From Folioceros fuciformis (lineage: Eukaryota): DNA of 47,244 nt. Positions 23,482 to 36,502 of the stretch are shown one piece after another (the stretch's first letter is position 1; each line of letters opens with the position of its first letter). The stretch spans positions 33,154-80,397 of the forward strand of contig JBNGIO010005797.1 of NCBI GenBank assembly GCA_049999805.1, given 5' to 3'. Both the position numbers and the translations under genes were made by a program. The notes beneath the pieces are model-generated. The model saw nothing but the letters and a program-made list of their open reading frames with translations. It was not told the origin of the DNA and made no database searches.

Positions 23482-23910
23482 CCTGCTGCCGCACGCGGTC
23501 GTGGCGACATTACTCTCCGGTGCTGCACACGACGTCCGCTCGCTTCTCGGAATAGAGTCGCAGTACGTATGCCCGCCCCAGGTTGCCCGCCGCTCTTGTT
23601 TGCCTGCACACGAGGTCTCCGGCGGATGATTTCTCGACCTAGTGCTCGACGATTTGTTGCTGTGTTTCGAGCATCTGATCTCGCATGATCGACCTGCAGC
23701 TCGAGCAGGTTCCTCTTGATACTTTGTGTTGACCGCCGCTCTCCTCCTGCTCCGGTTCTCTTGGTCGTGTGTTTGTGTTAGCGGCAGGTAGTAGCTAAAG
23801 CGTGCTCTTTCTTTTTCCAAACCTGCTTCTCAGTCAAGAATCTTGCTTGAACAGATTCCTATCGGAATGGAATCAGAACTGCAGATATCTGCTGTTTGTA
23901 CTCCTGATTT

Positions 23911-25106
23911 CTACACACGCTTGAATTCGTGCCAGAGTTCGTAATGGTTGAATAGTAGGCTGTCGTGAGTCTGCAAGCCGACGTAAGTCAGTCCAACTTG
24001 AGCTAGCCTAGGTTTGCATCTGGCGATTCGAAGTCTTGTGCAAAACTTGATGTTGTGCGACACGAAGAGGCGGCCATGGCCGGGGGCTAAGTTAGGACCC
24101 AGGCCTTCAAAACCCTTCCACACGAGCTTGTCAGGCATGTGCAGGAACACTGCGCTGGCGTAGATGAGATCGAAAGGAGGAAGCGATCCATCCTTGCCGC
24201 CGAGGAGTGTGATGTCCAGGTCCTCGCTGCGGACGATAACGGGTCGCTTGTGAAGGAGCCCCTGCGCCGGCAACTCGTACATCAGGGACGCCAAGAGCGA
24301 TGGCGGGTCACGCTCTAAGCAATGGTAGTGGCGTGGAAGCAGATGGCGGATGAAATGAAGCCCCACTCTCAGGGTGCCGCACCCCACCTCTAGTACCCGA
24401 TACTGCGGCCTCAACCTGGAAGCGTTAGCCAGAAACTCGAAGACGTCCCGGCCCCCTGCCCACGGCTCTCCGTAATAGCTGTGGTGTTCCTCTACTAGCA
24501 GCTCGCTAGGGCATACCAATGCTGTTCTGTTCTCACCGTTTTCGAGGTGAGAGATGCCTTTATACCTGCCGGGCAGGCGGAGAGATGTTAGATTAAAACT
24601 TGAAAGACGCGGCTAGCGAACAGTACATTGGCTAAGAGAACATGATAACAGTGTGGATAATATGTTGCAACCTGGCAAGCTTTGTAAATCTGAAGTGGCA
24701 GAGGAGAGTTCTACCTTCGCAAATCCGCCATCTGCTGCAGCCGGGTGCGGGGATTGATCCCCTTCCGAAGCTGGTGCCAAGCATCTGCTGTCCTCGGTGT
24801 CTTCAAGTCCAGCCGTTTAAGCTGCCTCTTGACCCATCGCAAGTCGGCTTCTGTTGTACCAATTGGCTCCACTTGTGCAGCTACTAAATTCTTCTCTTGG
24901 GGCGGATCGATATCCTTCGCGGCACTTTGACAGGCGCACAACGGAGCAGGCAAGGGTTGCCTGCTGCGCATTGAAGGAACTGCTATGAGTACCAACACTG
25001 GCAACCAGCAGGCAAGTGCCAGCAGCAGAACCGCCAGCGGGCGTGTTCCAATTGCTGGCTGCATCTCTCCAGCTTTCCCTCTCAGCCAGTGACCTGCACT
25101 GCCCAT
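23911..25106 (-). CDS. SAM-dependent methyltransferase with N-terminal membrane anchor, 2 exons (intron ~24567-24714)
   Basis: TM PLAVLLLALACWLPVLVLIAV; WHQLRKGINPRTR; EEHHSYYGEPWAGGRDVFEFL; motif I VLEVGCGTLRVG; FDLIYASAVFLHMP. Start could instead be the second Met near 25064. Confidence 0.88.
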
Positions 25107-25344
25107 CGATGTGCAGCTTCTCCCCGCGGCAGTGCAAACCCAATCTTTGTTAGTGCCTTGGACATTCGGCTCACAGGCATGATACCAGGGAAAGGCACAA
25201 GGAAGGAACGGCAACTGCGAGGGTTAGAGAGCTGGACGAGGTGGTCTCCAAGGGTTTAAGTCATCCATACCATTGCTAGGGTTTCTGTCCGGTCCTTGCT
25301 ACTGTCCTGCCGTGCGTCGCTGGTGGGCTGATACTTCTCCAGGC

Positions 25345-28300
25345 ATGAGTTTCGGCTGCGTGGCCTCGTCCAGGCAGCATTTGAGCTTGCAGACCTCGGC
25401 TTTTGGCTTGTCTCCGTGTCTGAGTGGGCCTCATGGCCCGCCGGATTTTAGCACCGGGACCCTCTGCCGCACGGTTAGGATTCCAGTGAAGTGTGAGAGC
25501 TTTTCTTCGGACAAGGCACGGGAGGGGTCGGACTCGGGAGGAGCCAAAAGGATTCGGAAAATTACCGAGACATCTAGTAATAGAATTGACAAATGGGGGA
25601 CAGTGGGTCCGTCTGACCAACTCGACGCAGCAGCAGCATCATCGGTTGCATCTGGTGCCGATGTCTCTGAGGCAGCAGGCAGGAGTACCCGGAGCAGCAG
25701 CGAGGGAGCAGCAGGCAGAAATACCATATTTCTTGCAGACAGGGCACCACAGCCCTGGACGAGAGATTCTGCTGAGAAGAGCAGGGTGGATGACCCGGAG
25801 AGAGATGATGAGATGTTGGAAGAGAAACTGGATGGAGATTCCTTGTCGAAGCCCAGCAGGGGTGAAATTTTCCTCAGGAATGCTATGGAGAGGCAAAGGT
25901 TTCAGGCGCAGCGAAGTACAACATCGGCGTTTCCTTATGCACAGGGGCCCAAGCAGGAAAACAGAAAAAGGGACAAAACGAAAATTTTGAAGGCATCCGA
26001 GGCGTCCTGCTATGGGTGTGGAGCAGGTCTTCAATGTTCACATCCTGAGACCCCGGGATTTGTAGCCCCTGAAGTCTTCGAATTGGTATGCTCTGTGGAA
26101 CTAGCCCTGCATTTCCTCGTGATGATTATTATGAAGTGAACGTTAAGGGGTTGGGATTTAACACTCTGTCGTTTCATGTTTGCAGAAGCAGAGGCACCAT
26201 CAGCTGAAGGATGTCCTCTGTGGCAGGTGCCGTTTATTGTCGCAGGGGCAGATGATACCTGCGGTCGGAGGGCATGGTGGCTATGGAAAGGGTAAAGGAT
26301 TCGTCTCTGCAGAAGAACTGCGATCTCAGTTGACTCAGCTTCGGAACAGCAAAGCTCTCATAGTGAAGCTGGTAGAGATCTTTTCCTCGTCTGTGCGCAT
26401 GGTGTCGATGGTTGACTCTTACTGAATGGTGGCGTGTTGCAGGTAGACATTGTCGACTTTAATGGGAGCCTGCTAACTCGAGTTCGTGATCTTGTAGGGG
26501 CTAATCCAATCATCCTGGTTGCCACAAAGGTAGTCGTTCGTGTGTTTCATAATCTCCTGAGGGTTGGGTACAATTTCTGGACAGATGTACCGGAGTCCAC
26601 TAGGCCCTGAATTTGCGTCTGTTCTGACAGGTCGATCTCCTTCCAAAAGGCACAGACCTGGGAGTTGTTGGGGATTGGGTAGTGGAGTCGGTTCTTCGGA
26701 AGAAACTCAAGTAAGGCACATGTCAAGTTGCTTTCTCTCCTTGTTGGGAACATTTAGTCGTCCTTGACCACGCTGTTGTTATGTTTATTGCAGTGTTGTT
26801 AGTGTTCATCTGACAAGTTCCAAGTCTTCCACTGGCATATCTGGGGTTGCAGCTAACATCCAACGGCAAAGGCAGGTTGAGAAAACTGATCGCACCGTTG
26901 TTTGACGTTGGTCCTGGGTATTTATGACGTTTCCTGCTTCTGCGTATTGGGTATGTTGTAGAGTGTACTTAACCAGAGCTTTTCTTGTTGGCGTGCACAG
27001 GGACGTGATGTTTATGTTCTGGTAAAGCGTCATTCCTACTCTTGACATGCTTCTCAGGGATGCAGCAGTTAACATTTGGTGCCCTTTGAGGTTCTTGTAA
27101 TTGGTTACCAACGAGGACATTTGTGGTCTTAGGGTTCAGCAAATGTTGGGAAGTCAGCTTTCATCAGTGCTCTGCTTAGTAAGCTCACCATCCAGGTCTT
27201 CCTTCAAGTTAGAGGTGTCAAGCTGCTTTTCAATCAAAATTCCCAGCTTACGGATGATAATGATGAGGCAACTGCTATGTTGTTCTTCAGAGGAAATGGG
27301 TTCACGGGATCCAGCAGCTTTAGAAGCAATGCGGAGAAAGCCAATTCAATCTGCCATGCCTGGCACCACTCTTGGTCCAATCGAAATCAAGGCTTTCTCT
27401 GGTGGAGGGGTACACTTCCCTGTGACTTTTCCAATTTCTCACTTCCAGAGTGATACGCTGTTGTTGGTTGTTAGGTGTTCGAGCTGATTTGGGAGCATTG
27501 CGTCTCTGCAGAGCTTGCATGACACTCCTGGAGTGCATCTGCATCATCGTATGACAGTTGCAGTTCATCCAGACGATCTTCCTAACATTGCTCCCCGTCG
27601 CCGGCTGCGGGGTAGTGCGGTCCTTGCTCCATCGCTCGCACAGAGGGAAATATCTGCTGACTCCGACCAAGAGACAGAAGCTGACAAACAGTTCCAGAAG
27701 CAAGAGGTGCAGTATGATGGTACCGCAACCTTAACAGGAACAACCTTGTTCTGGGGAGGTCTTGCGAGGATAGATGTGCTGCAGGTCAGTCTTGACTGCG
27801 CATTACTTTCTGCCTCCAGACTTGTCGTTGTATGTAGCTCTCTAAGCAAACTGACAAATCGTAGGGGCGATAACAGGCACCTGCAGGAGCAAGACTGCGA
27901 TTCTATGGACCGACAGGCCTTCGGGTCATCATGGTCCCCACGGTAGAAGCGGACGACTTCTATAACGTAAGTTCCTCCCGGCCGCTAGGTGTGCACTGAC
28001 CAGGCAGGCTCTAAGTGGCAAGTGATCCTTTTCTAACGGGTATGCCTGATGTGCAGGAAGAAGTTGGCAAGATCTTGTGCCCTCCAACCGGGGAGGACAA
28101 ATTATCTTCATGGGCAGGACTGCAGAACCAACACAGTGTTTCCCTAACACTTGAGAGCGGCTTGAGGTCAGAAGCTCGTAACTCTAGTCACGCGTCACAC
28201 TATGCGCAAGAACTGAAATCCTAACTCCCACTCTCACTGTTGATTTGACTGCAGGCCTGCAGGAGACGTGGCCATATCCGGGCTGGGATGGATCACGGTG

Positions 28301-28510
28301 GAGTATCCAAACACCGAGGCCTTCACAGCCGTGACACAGGAGGACAGGCTTCGTCTGCAAGGGACTGTCGACATGGTGGTTCATCTTCCAAAAGCAGTAG
28401 AGATCTACTCCAGACCACCCATGCCTGTAGGTGTCCACGGCCCCCTTTGGTACAAGTACGCGGATGTCTCAGACGACGAGCTAGAGTCCAGACCCAGATT
28501 CTTCTACTGA
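25345..28510 (+). CDS. NOA1: NOA1/RIF1 circularly permuted GTPase (YqeH family), probably organellar, multi-exon
   Basis: Zn finger CYGCG..LCGRC; VDIVDFNGS; TKVDLLP (G4); GSANVGKS (G1); MPGTTLG (G2); DTPGVHLHHR (G3); LFWGGLARID; DVAISGLGWIT; ends ELESRPRFFY*. Long transit-peptide-like N-terminus. Confidence 0.93.
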
Positions 28511-29185
28511 CAAGAGGCACAGCCCAATACGAACTTCCCTGTCTCACTTTGCTAAATTCTGCTTCCGTTCGAATTGACGTCGCAGCTGCAGTGCTCTTTC
28601 ATACAGTTGCAGATCCAAACCGTCCACGTTTCGTCCCACCCTGGCCTGCAACACCATCTGCAGAAACGAGCCTAAGTGACGGCTTTGTGCAGAGTACAAT
28701 GCAAGTTCTCGGAGAGGAGAAGGAGAAATGGATGAAGTACCACGGGATCGGAGGAACCCGAACGAAACTGTAGCTCTCCAATGAATTGAAATAGAGAGTC
28801 GATCCGCAGAGGAACGTCTCGGAGATGTTGAGTATCCACGCGCAAGGAAGATTCGCCCTCGGTTATCACGACCAGCCCGGTCACGGCATCATAGCTTTGC
28901 AACCTGGCATGCAGGAGAAATTACATCGTGCGAAGCGATTACATCGTGCAGAAGGAAATCTCACTCAGCGGGCTTTACCTGCCAGTCACCCGCAGAGAAG
29001 CGTCGGGTGTACAGTAGCGGGAGGAAGGATGGAGCTCCCGGAGCAGGACCAGCGTGCCGGGCTTTAGCGACGACGAGGCTGCCGCCGCCATAGCTGGAGT
29101 TGGTGATAGTCTGTTTTCTGCCCTTCGCGACTGTAATTAGGGCGTGGTTTATCACAAGGCTGGGGCGCATCGGTAAGGGTTGCGG

Positions 29186-31008
29186 ATGGGGGGATGCTCG
29201 TGGCCGAGCTCGTTGCCTGCTCACGGTGCCCGGTTACGTCCCTGCCTGGGTTTGAGGGGCTGTTGCGTTTTGCCGGTGTGTCACACCGGTGCAGGAGAAG
29301 AATGTACGGATTTGTTTCAACGTCACCCGTTTGTGCGTCTCGTGGAGCTTCCGACGCCCACTTCCTTGAAGTCCATGTCCGCTTTTGAGGTTCTGTTCTC
29401 AACACTTGCTTGTGCGGTTTATGATTGTTAACATGAGTGGATCTTGGGGAAGGATGTGCTGATGGTTGCTGTTCGTGATGGATTTTGCTAGTTAGCCGGA
29501 CGAACCATCTTCCAAGATGGGTCCGTACACGGGGTGGTAAGGCCAGATCTGCCACTCAAGCCTTCTTGGAGCCAGTTTCTGCGCATATTGGGTGTCAGGG
29601 GCAAGTTTGGAGAGCTTACCCGCAATGAGACAGAAAGGGACAGTAGCAAGTTAGCCTCGGCCGCGGAGACATTCTTTGGTCAGAGTCAATGGCAAGTAAG
29701 GACAGTGGCAGCCCATACTGCATCTATGCCAGAGTTGTGCAATCGGATGGTGGAAGTTGCCGGAGCGATTGAGGAATCGGGTGGAGGGGGCGCTCTGTTG
29801 CTGCTGACTGGCGGTATGTGGTTTGCGTGTGGCGACCATAATCTCTGCTTCACGAGGTGTAAGGCGTTCAGGCCCTGACGGTTTGCTGTCTGCTGCAGAG
29901 CATTCTTTTAGGAGATGGCCTGGTGTCAACAAGCTGCTGCCTGGGAACTCCTTCGGTCTTCTGAAGGCGGCCAGAGATCTTCGGCGGGCTGGTCATCTGA
30001 CACCAGGTATTTGGCTACACCATGATGAATGGTTGTGTTTTGTTGTGCATGTATTTTTCTCCCTTGGCCTCCGTTCTCAGCTGACATGCTGTTCAGCTCA
30101 ACCTGGAAGGCGTTCAGTTGTGGGCTGTAGAAAATCCTCTCACCAATCCAGTGGGTCGCATGGAACAGAAGGTACTGCAAAATATGCTTCTCCCTCACCA
30201 GACATTGACACGGTTGTCAGATTCGTCCATGCAATGAAAAGAGTTGGTTGGCCATGCGATGCCGTCACGCTTCCTGAGCAGCTCAACGCTCTCAACAAGG
30301 TTCCGTTGTCATGTATGAGCAGATTGCAGCAGGAGCAGAGGCAATCATTCTACAACCTCCACTGCTTCCTGATCGATTCCAGGACTGGTGGGCTGCAGCT
30401 GATGCGCAGGGGTAACTATTGCTTGTCTAGAGCTTGTTTTACCCGATATCCTGTGCCACTTGATGAGCATTTGCATGCCGAAGAATGACAATCGTACAAA
30501 TTGTGAAAATCCTGTGTTGCCAGGCTGCTGAAAAGCACCCATGTCATTGTTGGGCTGCCCATGATATGTTCAGCGAAGAATCTTGCTTTCTGGCTGCAAC
30601 TTACTCGAGCGGCAGGTCACATCTCTTTCACGCAGTTTCTTGCTACTGTGACGTCTTCCCAGTCAGGTCCGTTCACTGAAGTGGGACATGTTCGTGCTTC
30701 CACACCGCAGGTAAAGAGGCCGAGATTGTGATTGCCAACTTTCTAGAAGCTGAAAGGACCCTGGATAGAGCAGAGTTGGACCTGTTTTACGAGAGCTGGA
30801 ACTGCAATCTTGTCCAAGTGATCAAGAGCCTGCCTGGTAAGAAGAACGTGCCTGCAAGCCTGGTTGGATTGTGTCCAATCAGTCTGTGTACCCTGAGGCC
30901 GCGCGTTCTTCATGTCACTGCGCAGATGTAGCAGGGATGCACGTAATGCCTGTCACCCCGCGTGGCTGGAGGCAGTTCGCTGCACTCATCTCATCCGGAA
31001 AGATCTGA
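29186..31008 (+). CDS. Methylenetetrahydrofolate reductase (MetF/MTHFR)-like FAD-linked oxidoreductase, catalytic barrel only, 8 exons, ~361 aa
   Basis: Exons 29186-29389, 29492-29813, 29899-30006, 30110-30171, 30323-30411, 30524-30615, 30711-30836, 30926-31008 join in phase via GT-AG. Motifs in MetF order: FVRLVELPTP, LLLLTGEH, LWAVENP, RMEQKIAAGAEAIILQPP, VIVGLPMICS, VAGMHVMP. Confidence 0.75.
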
Positions 31009-34000
31009 AGGAAGCAAGCAGCGTGAGTGGCCTGGAGTCAAAAGCAGAGATGGAGCAGCAGGCTGGGCTTGCGGATTAGTTTCCCTGGCGTTGGATTGCA
31101 GGCATGATCGCAAGCCAGGTGGTGCAAGGTGCAGGGAGCAAGGGGCAAGTACTCACATACATGCACTGGTCGTGATCCTGCACTTTTGGGAGGGAGGGAG
31201 CGAGCTGGTTTTGTAGTATTCCGCGCATGCGGCCCATGGGGTGCCTGCTTGATACCGGCGTCACCTGCATTGCTTGCCGTAGGGTGTACTTGCAGAGGTT
31301 AGTGTGGCCTTGGCACCCTTGTCGGGCTCGGAAGGATGCGCACATGGACGGGGGAGAGTGTGTGGCAGCCTGCAGAGCATGCCTGTAATTTCCGTGAAGG
31401 ACATCCCGGGGCTTGAATCCCCCTTTACAGAATGCCACAGCTGGGCGCCCGAGGTCATGTACAGAGTTGCATTGACTTGAGAGGAGGTAGGCATGTGGCT
31501 GGCCTCCTGTTTTTGTTGCTCACTCAGATGCAAGAGCGTGTCGCGAGCAGAAGCCGCGGTGGATGAATGATGGGATCCGGCTTGATGACCAGCGTGCCTC
31601 GCCCAAACCGTGGGCCACGTGCGGATGCTATGCGTCGCATCTGGCAGCAAAGCGAGGCAAAGCGGCATGCTGCAGATTTGATTACTGGGCTAATGGGCTC
31701 CGCCAGCTTTTGGGCGACAGGGTGATGAGAATCATGTGCTGTGGCCGGGCCTTTCCCCATCAGCAAAGGCGAGTGAAGCTTCCCCCATCCCCTCCCCCCA
31801 CCATTTACTGCCCCCTGCAACTCTGCACCTCCTTCCTTTGGCATCTCTTTACACCGCAACGATCTGAGCATACGAGACGCCTCTGGTCTCAGACCCCACT
31901 TCACGTATTTCTCGACGCCTGTGTGCTCTAGGCATGCGTACCGCACCCCAGGCCATGAATGCCCGAGCATGGCAGCCCGCTGGTGTACACCATCCCAGAT
32001 GCTCAAAGACGCGCTGTGAGCTGGAGACTAGACCGACAGAATGATGGCCTCTCTGCCCTCCCGCCCATTCAACATACCCATACCCCATACCCCATACCCA
32101 TCAGTGACATTACTACATGCATTCCTACCAGTTGTGCAATGTATCTATGTACATGCTGTACATACATGCAAACTGTAGCTAGCTAGAAGCTTCCTTCCAA
32201 GTTCCTTCCCCACGGGCCACACAGTCACACGCCTGGGCCAGCCAGCCCTGCACCTCCTGCAGACCATGCGCTGCGCGTCATGTCATCTAGGGCTTCGAAC
32301 CGGTGAAGGAACGCCGGTCACCCGGTCACCGCCATTGGCGTGTTATTATATTCCCAGATCCCGATGATTCGTTCGAGACGTGAAGCGACACCCCATGGGT
32401 GCATGGCAGGGCAGGGCAGGGTAGGGCAATCCCGCCATTCACGTAACTGTGTCAACTTGTTATTGTGAGCTTGCGCGGGATTCCAGGCGTTCAGAGGCGA
32501 TATCAGATCTGTCGGGATGCGTGTCCAGGCTTTCCAGCGTCTCATTAGGTTGTTAGGTTCACCCATCTTGTCCCAAGCTCCACACCGATTTATGGATCCG
32601 ATACGGGCCTTGTCTTCCGCGGATGCAATTCTTAGCGGTATCAACTTGATAATGTGTTGTCACATCAGTCTAGTATGTGCATGAGAGGATGGAATGGCAT
32701 GAGTCACTTCAGGGGAGGGCTTAGTTCGCATCTCACAGGGGTTCTGCGAACGGGTCTCAACGTTCGTCACACCTTGCCCCAGCCAGGCCTGGGCGAGACA
32801 CCCCTGGCCAGGCCTGCAGGCTATTCGACAGAGGTCGCCATTGTGTGAAGTACAGTACATACATACAAAACAAACAGAGAAGTAGGGCTCCAGCTTGAGG
32901 ACCCACCTGTTGAGGCACCACCTGGTGGGCCGTTCCTGGCTCGGGGAAGATGCGTTTGTCCGTCTCAAGATTCCTCACTCCAAGTAGACTGTCTCAGCCA
33001 GCATGTTATGTTGGGAAACAAATTGTGGGTGGACAGAGGAGCAGAGCGACACGGTGAGGACAAGATTCATCCAACATATCAAGACACAGAGGATTACGTA
33101 AGGAGAAGAACAAGAGTCCCCGAGAGTACGACCCGCGGAGATGGGTATAATGGGTATAAAATTTGGCAAAGCCGGTGAGATGTGTGTTGCTTGGTAGGGG
33201 CCTCCTGGTCTGGCTCTGGCTCTCTCATCAGGCTCGTGGGATCCCGGGACGGGATTTGATACACACGGCGATAACATACACGCGTAACAGGGGTTCCAAA
33301 AAGATGGGGACAGCGGGGTCACGCATAAGAGGCTGATCCCTTTGCAGGAAGACGGCGTCCACCAGCTGCGGTCGCCGGTGTCGGCCCCAACACACAGCGA
33401 CGGGCTTGACCGCACCGGCAGTCGGCGCCTAATGAAAAGAGGTTTCTTGTCCTCACCAGCGTCCGGATCGAACCGGGTTCCGACACCTGAGCGCCGCCCA
33501 ACGGTCGCAACGACACGGCACCGGCGTCCAGGGGCGCGTGGCGGTCACTGCAACGGAGACGCAGTGGCCACCAGAACGGGGGCCGTGTCCCTGTCTCCCC
33601 CTCCCACCCCCGTAGCGGGGCCCGGGTGCTTCACCCACAAAAGCGCGAAACTGCCATGGGCGGTGTGATCAGAGCTCGCCCGATGTGGACCTGATACAAG
33701 CGGCCCATGTGCCACAGATGCCCGGATTTGCACATGGCAGCGGACGCGTCCCCCGCGGTGGCGTGCTGGCCTGGCTCGCCTCAGGCCCGGTCACAGCCCC
33801 GGCCTCACCTCCAGTTCAAACCGCCTCCTCGGGTTACCTACCCTGCCTCCTAGGCCTCCGCATAGCCTAGAGAGACACAAGTGCGTTAAATGGGCGCAGT
33901 AAAAGCTCGGTCCCCTGGCTGCCGTGCAGACAGGCGTGCAACCGTGCGGCCAACTGCACAGTCAGTAGGGGTAGTGTGGTCAGCGGTTGAGTTCACCGGA

Positions 34001-34020
34001 ACTGCCCGCCGCCACCTCTT

Positions 34021-34048
34021 CGTCCTCCTCCTCCTCCTCCTCCTCCTC
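34021..34048. repeat. (CCT)n microsatellite
   Basis: About 8 CTC/CCT units. Confidence 0.9.
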
Positions 34049-34224
34049 ATGGTTCTCAAACAAGGCCTCATCAAATTTGCACACACAATCCTTTCATTTC
34101 ATCTCACATTGTGCTTCTCATCATCTCCTTCCCTTTCCCTGCGCAGCTCCCTTCACCCACTGCTTCACCCAGCCGCTGAACGTGCCAGCATGTTAATTGT
34201 AGCTGGGATAGACTACACCAGCCA

Positions 34225-34324
34225 NNNNNNNNNNNNNNNNNNNNNNNNNNNNNNNNNNNNNNNNNNNNNNNNNNNNNNNNNNNNNNNNNNNNNNNNNNNN
34301 NNNNNNNNNNNNNNNNNNNNNNNN
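34225..34324. other. Assembly gap (100 N)
   Basis: Run of N. Confidence 1.
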
Positions 34325-35438
34325 GCATTGTCTTGTAGCCAGGGCCCAGGCCATGGTCCACTTAATGCTGCCCAAATGCGCATGATGAGATCCATTTACG
34401 CCTTGCAACTGATTCCGGCTGAGCTGGCGGGAAGCCGTTGTGCCTCCCGTGACCGGTATGGCCGGTATCTCGGTTACTGGGAACCAGGGTGAAGGGGAGT
34501 CCGGTCCGGGCCGGGCCGGCCCTGTCCGGTCCAAGAGGCTTGGACACTTGTCAAGGGAAAAGAAGCAACATGACATGAAGGCGTTCACGAGAGAGAGGGG
34601 TACTGTTGACTTGCGACGTCAGCACGTCACCTTTGGCTTTTGAGACTGAACGGGACGGAACGGGGCGAGGTGGGTCCGTGCCCGTATTATCATACACGTT
34701 TGGGGTCTCCGAGTCGCCTCAGGACGCGCTCCCGTTCCGTTCGTCCTTGTCGCATTTACTCTCCCTTCCCCCCAGTTCCATTGCCTTCTTATAGACGCGT
34801 CGGTTGGTTTGTAGAGTCCGGCACGTAATCGCCCCGTCCTGCACATGCCACTTGCCGGTCGCGGTTGGAACCGAACCCCGGGCCCGGGTTACGCTAACCC
34901 GCGCTCGGGGATCCATGTCAACGGGATACGGCGATCCCGTGACGCATCATAACGGAGCGTTCTCCCGCATATGGCTGCCCATCCTCCACAATGCCACTCT
35001 TATGCCATGCCCATTCCTATGCCCATGCCTCAGCATCATGCATGTCCATGCAGTACGTGATACGGCCGCCCCGCCCCGACCCGGCCGGGGCCCCTTCCAC
35101 TTACCGCCACCCAAATTGCCCGCCATGCCCGCTTACCCAGATGGCGACCGGTTTAATAAACCCCGTGTGGGCTCCTTTCAGTCTTCCAGTGCGTGACCCC
35201 ACTTTAGACTTTGAGACGACTTGCGCCATGCCATGGTAGCTCGGCCCACTTCCCTTGCACTTATTTGCAGATTATCTAAGTAGATAATTATGTAGAACAT
35301 ATGAGAATCTTTGGATCCCAAAGTGTAACCTTTATACCTCCAGCACGTAAGCCACGAAGAGATGTGGAACTCCATACCTCATGTGAGTGGTGAAGGAGTG
35401 AGAGTTTTATTTTCCACCTAATGGTAAGTGGTTATGTC

Positions 35439-36502
35439 GTTGTGTATACAAACTAGGTGTACAACAATAATTCTTTGATTGGTGTATGATGGATGATGTT
35501 CATGTATCAAAGTTTTGTGGGTAGTCATGCAGTTGTGTATGCAAACTAGGTATGCAAGAGCAATTCATTGATTGTTGTATGTTGGATGATGTTCTTGTAT
35601 CAAAGTTTTGTGGGTGTCCTTTGTATGAAGAAAGTACTGCATGTGTGTAATGTAAGGCAATTTAAAGAACCTTGCTAAGGTGAAAGTATATTGTGGGTTC
35701 ATCTCTTATCTGAGCTAGATGAGCTTATTTCGTTTCACAATCTTCTTCTTAGTAGGATAAGAGAACCTGAGAGTACTTCCTTCCTAACTCATTTCACACT
35801 GTTCTTCTTAGTAGAATGAGAGAATCCAAGAGTACTTCTTTCCAAACTTGTTCACACTCTTCTTCTTAATAGGATGAGAGAATCCTAAAGTACTTCCTTC
35901 CCAACTCTCTTTGGTGACGGACAATGTGCTCCCTGACCTCCGACACAGAATAGTTTAAGACGAGAATCAAACATTCATTGTCGGCCGTTAGTGTAGCATG
36001 AAATTGTATGATGGGTTCATCCTATGCCTAGGTCCTAGGTGAGTGGGTTTATCCCATGTCTTTGTTTGGCCCCACTCTTCTTAGTAAGATGGGAGAGTTT
36101 GAAAGTGTGTACTTCCTTCCTAACTTTCTTTGGTGGCAGAGAATGTGCTCTCTGACAAAGAATAGTTTAAGGTGAGAATCAAACATTCATTGTCGGCAGT
36201 TAGTATAGCATGTGCTCAGGGAAGCGGAGAAAGTAGATGAGACGCCTGAGACTCTTACAGTCCGGCATGGTTACCAACAATGGTGTACATGCGCGTTTGT
36301 GCCCAAGTTGTGGTCCTTTGCTCTGAACTTGGCAGGCAGTAGGTTTAGTAGCCAGTGGGTGCTGCCATGTGCTCTAATAAATGAGATCCTTGTAGGGCTT
36401 CTTCCTCCGCTCCTTCCTTCAGTGTCAAGTTAAGGACTCTCTGCCACACGAAGGCATGTTTGTCAGGTTAAGGACTCTCTACTACACGAAGGTATGTTTG
36501 TC
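35439..36502. repeat. AT-rich block of nested, diverged tandem duplications (possible non-autonomous TE relic)
   Basis: 93-nt period duplicate 35439-35615; ~60-nt unit TTCTTCTTAGTAGGAT..AGTACTTCCTTCC x3 (~35730-35910) recurring near 36075; AGAATAGTTTAAG..TAGCATG at ~35947 and ~36159; 38-nt duplicate at ~36425-36502. Confidence 0.75.

Noticed and set aside
25345-28510. NOA1 as a nitric oxide synthase
   Set aside because: NOA1/RIF1 is established to be a circularly permuted GTPase; only GTPase and Zn-finger motifs are present.
23911-31008. One-carbon metabolic cluster (methyltransferase, NOA1, MTHFR-like)
   Set aside because: Predicted compartments differ and NOA1 is unrelated; adjacency is expected in so dense a region.
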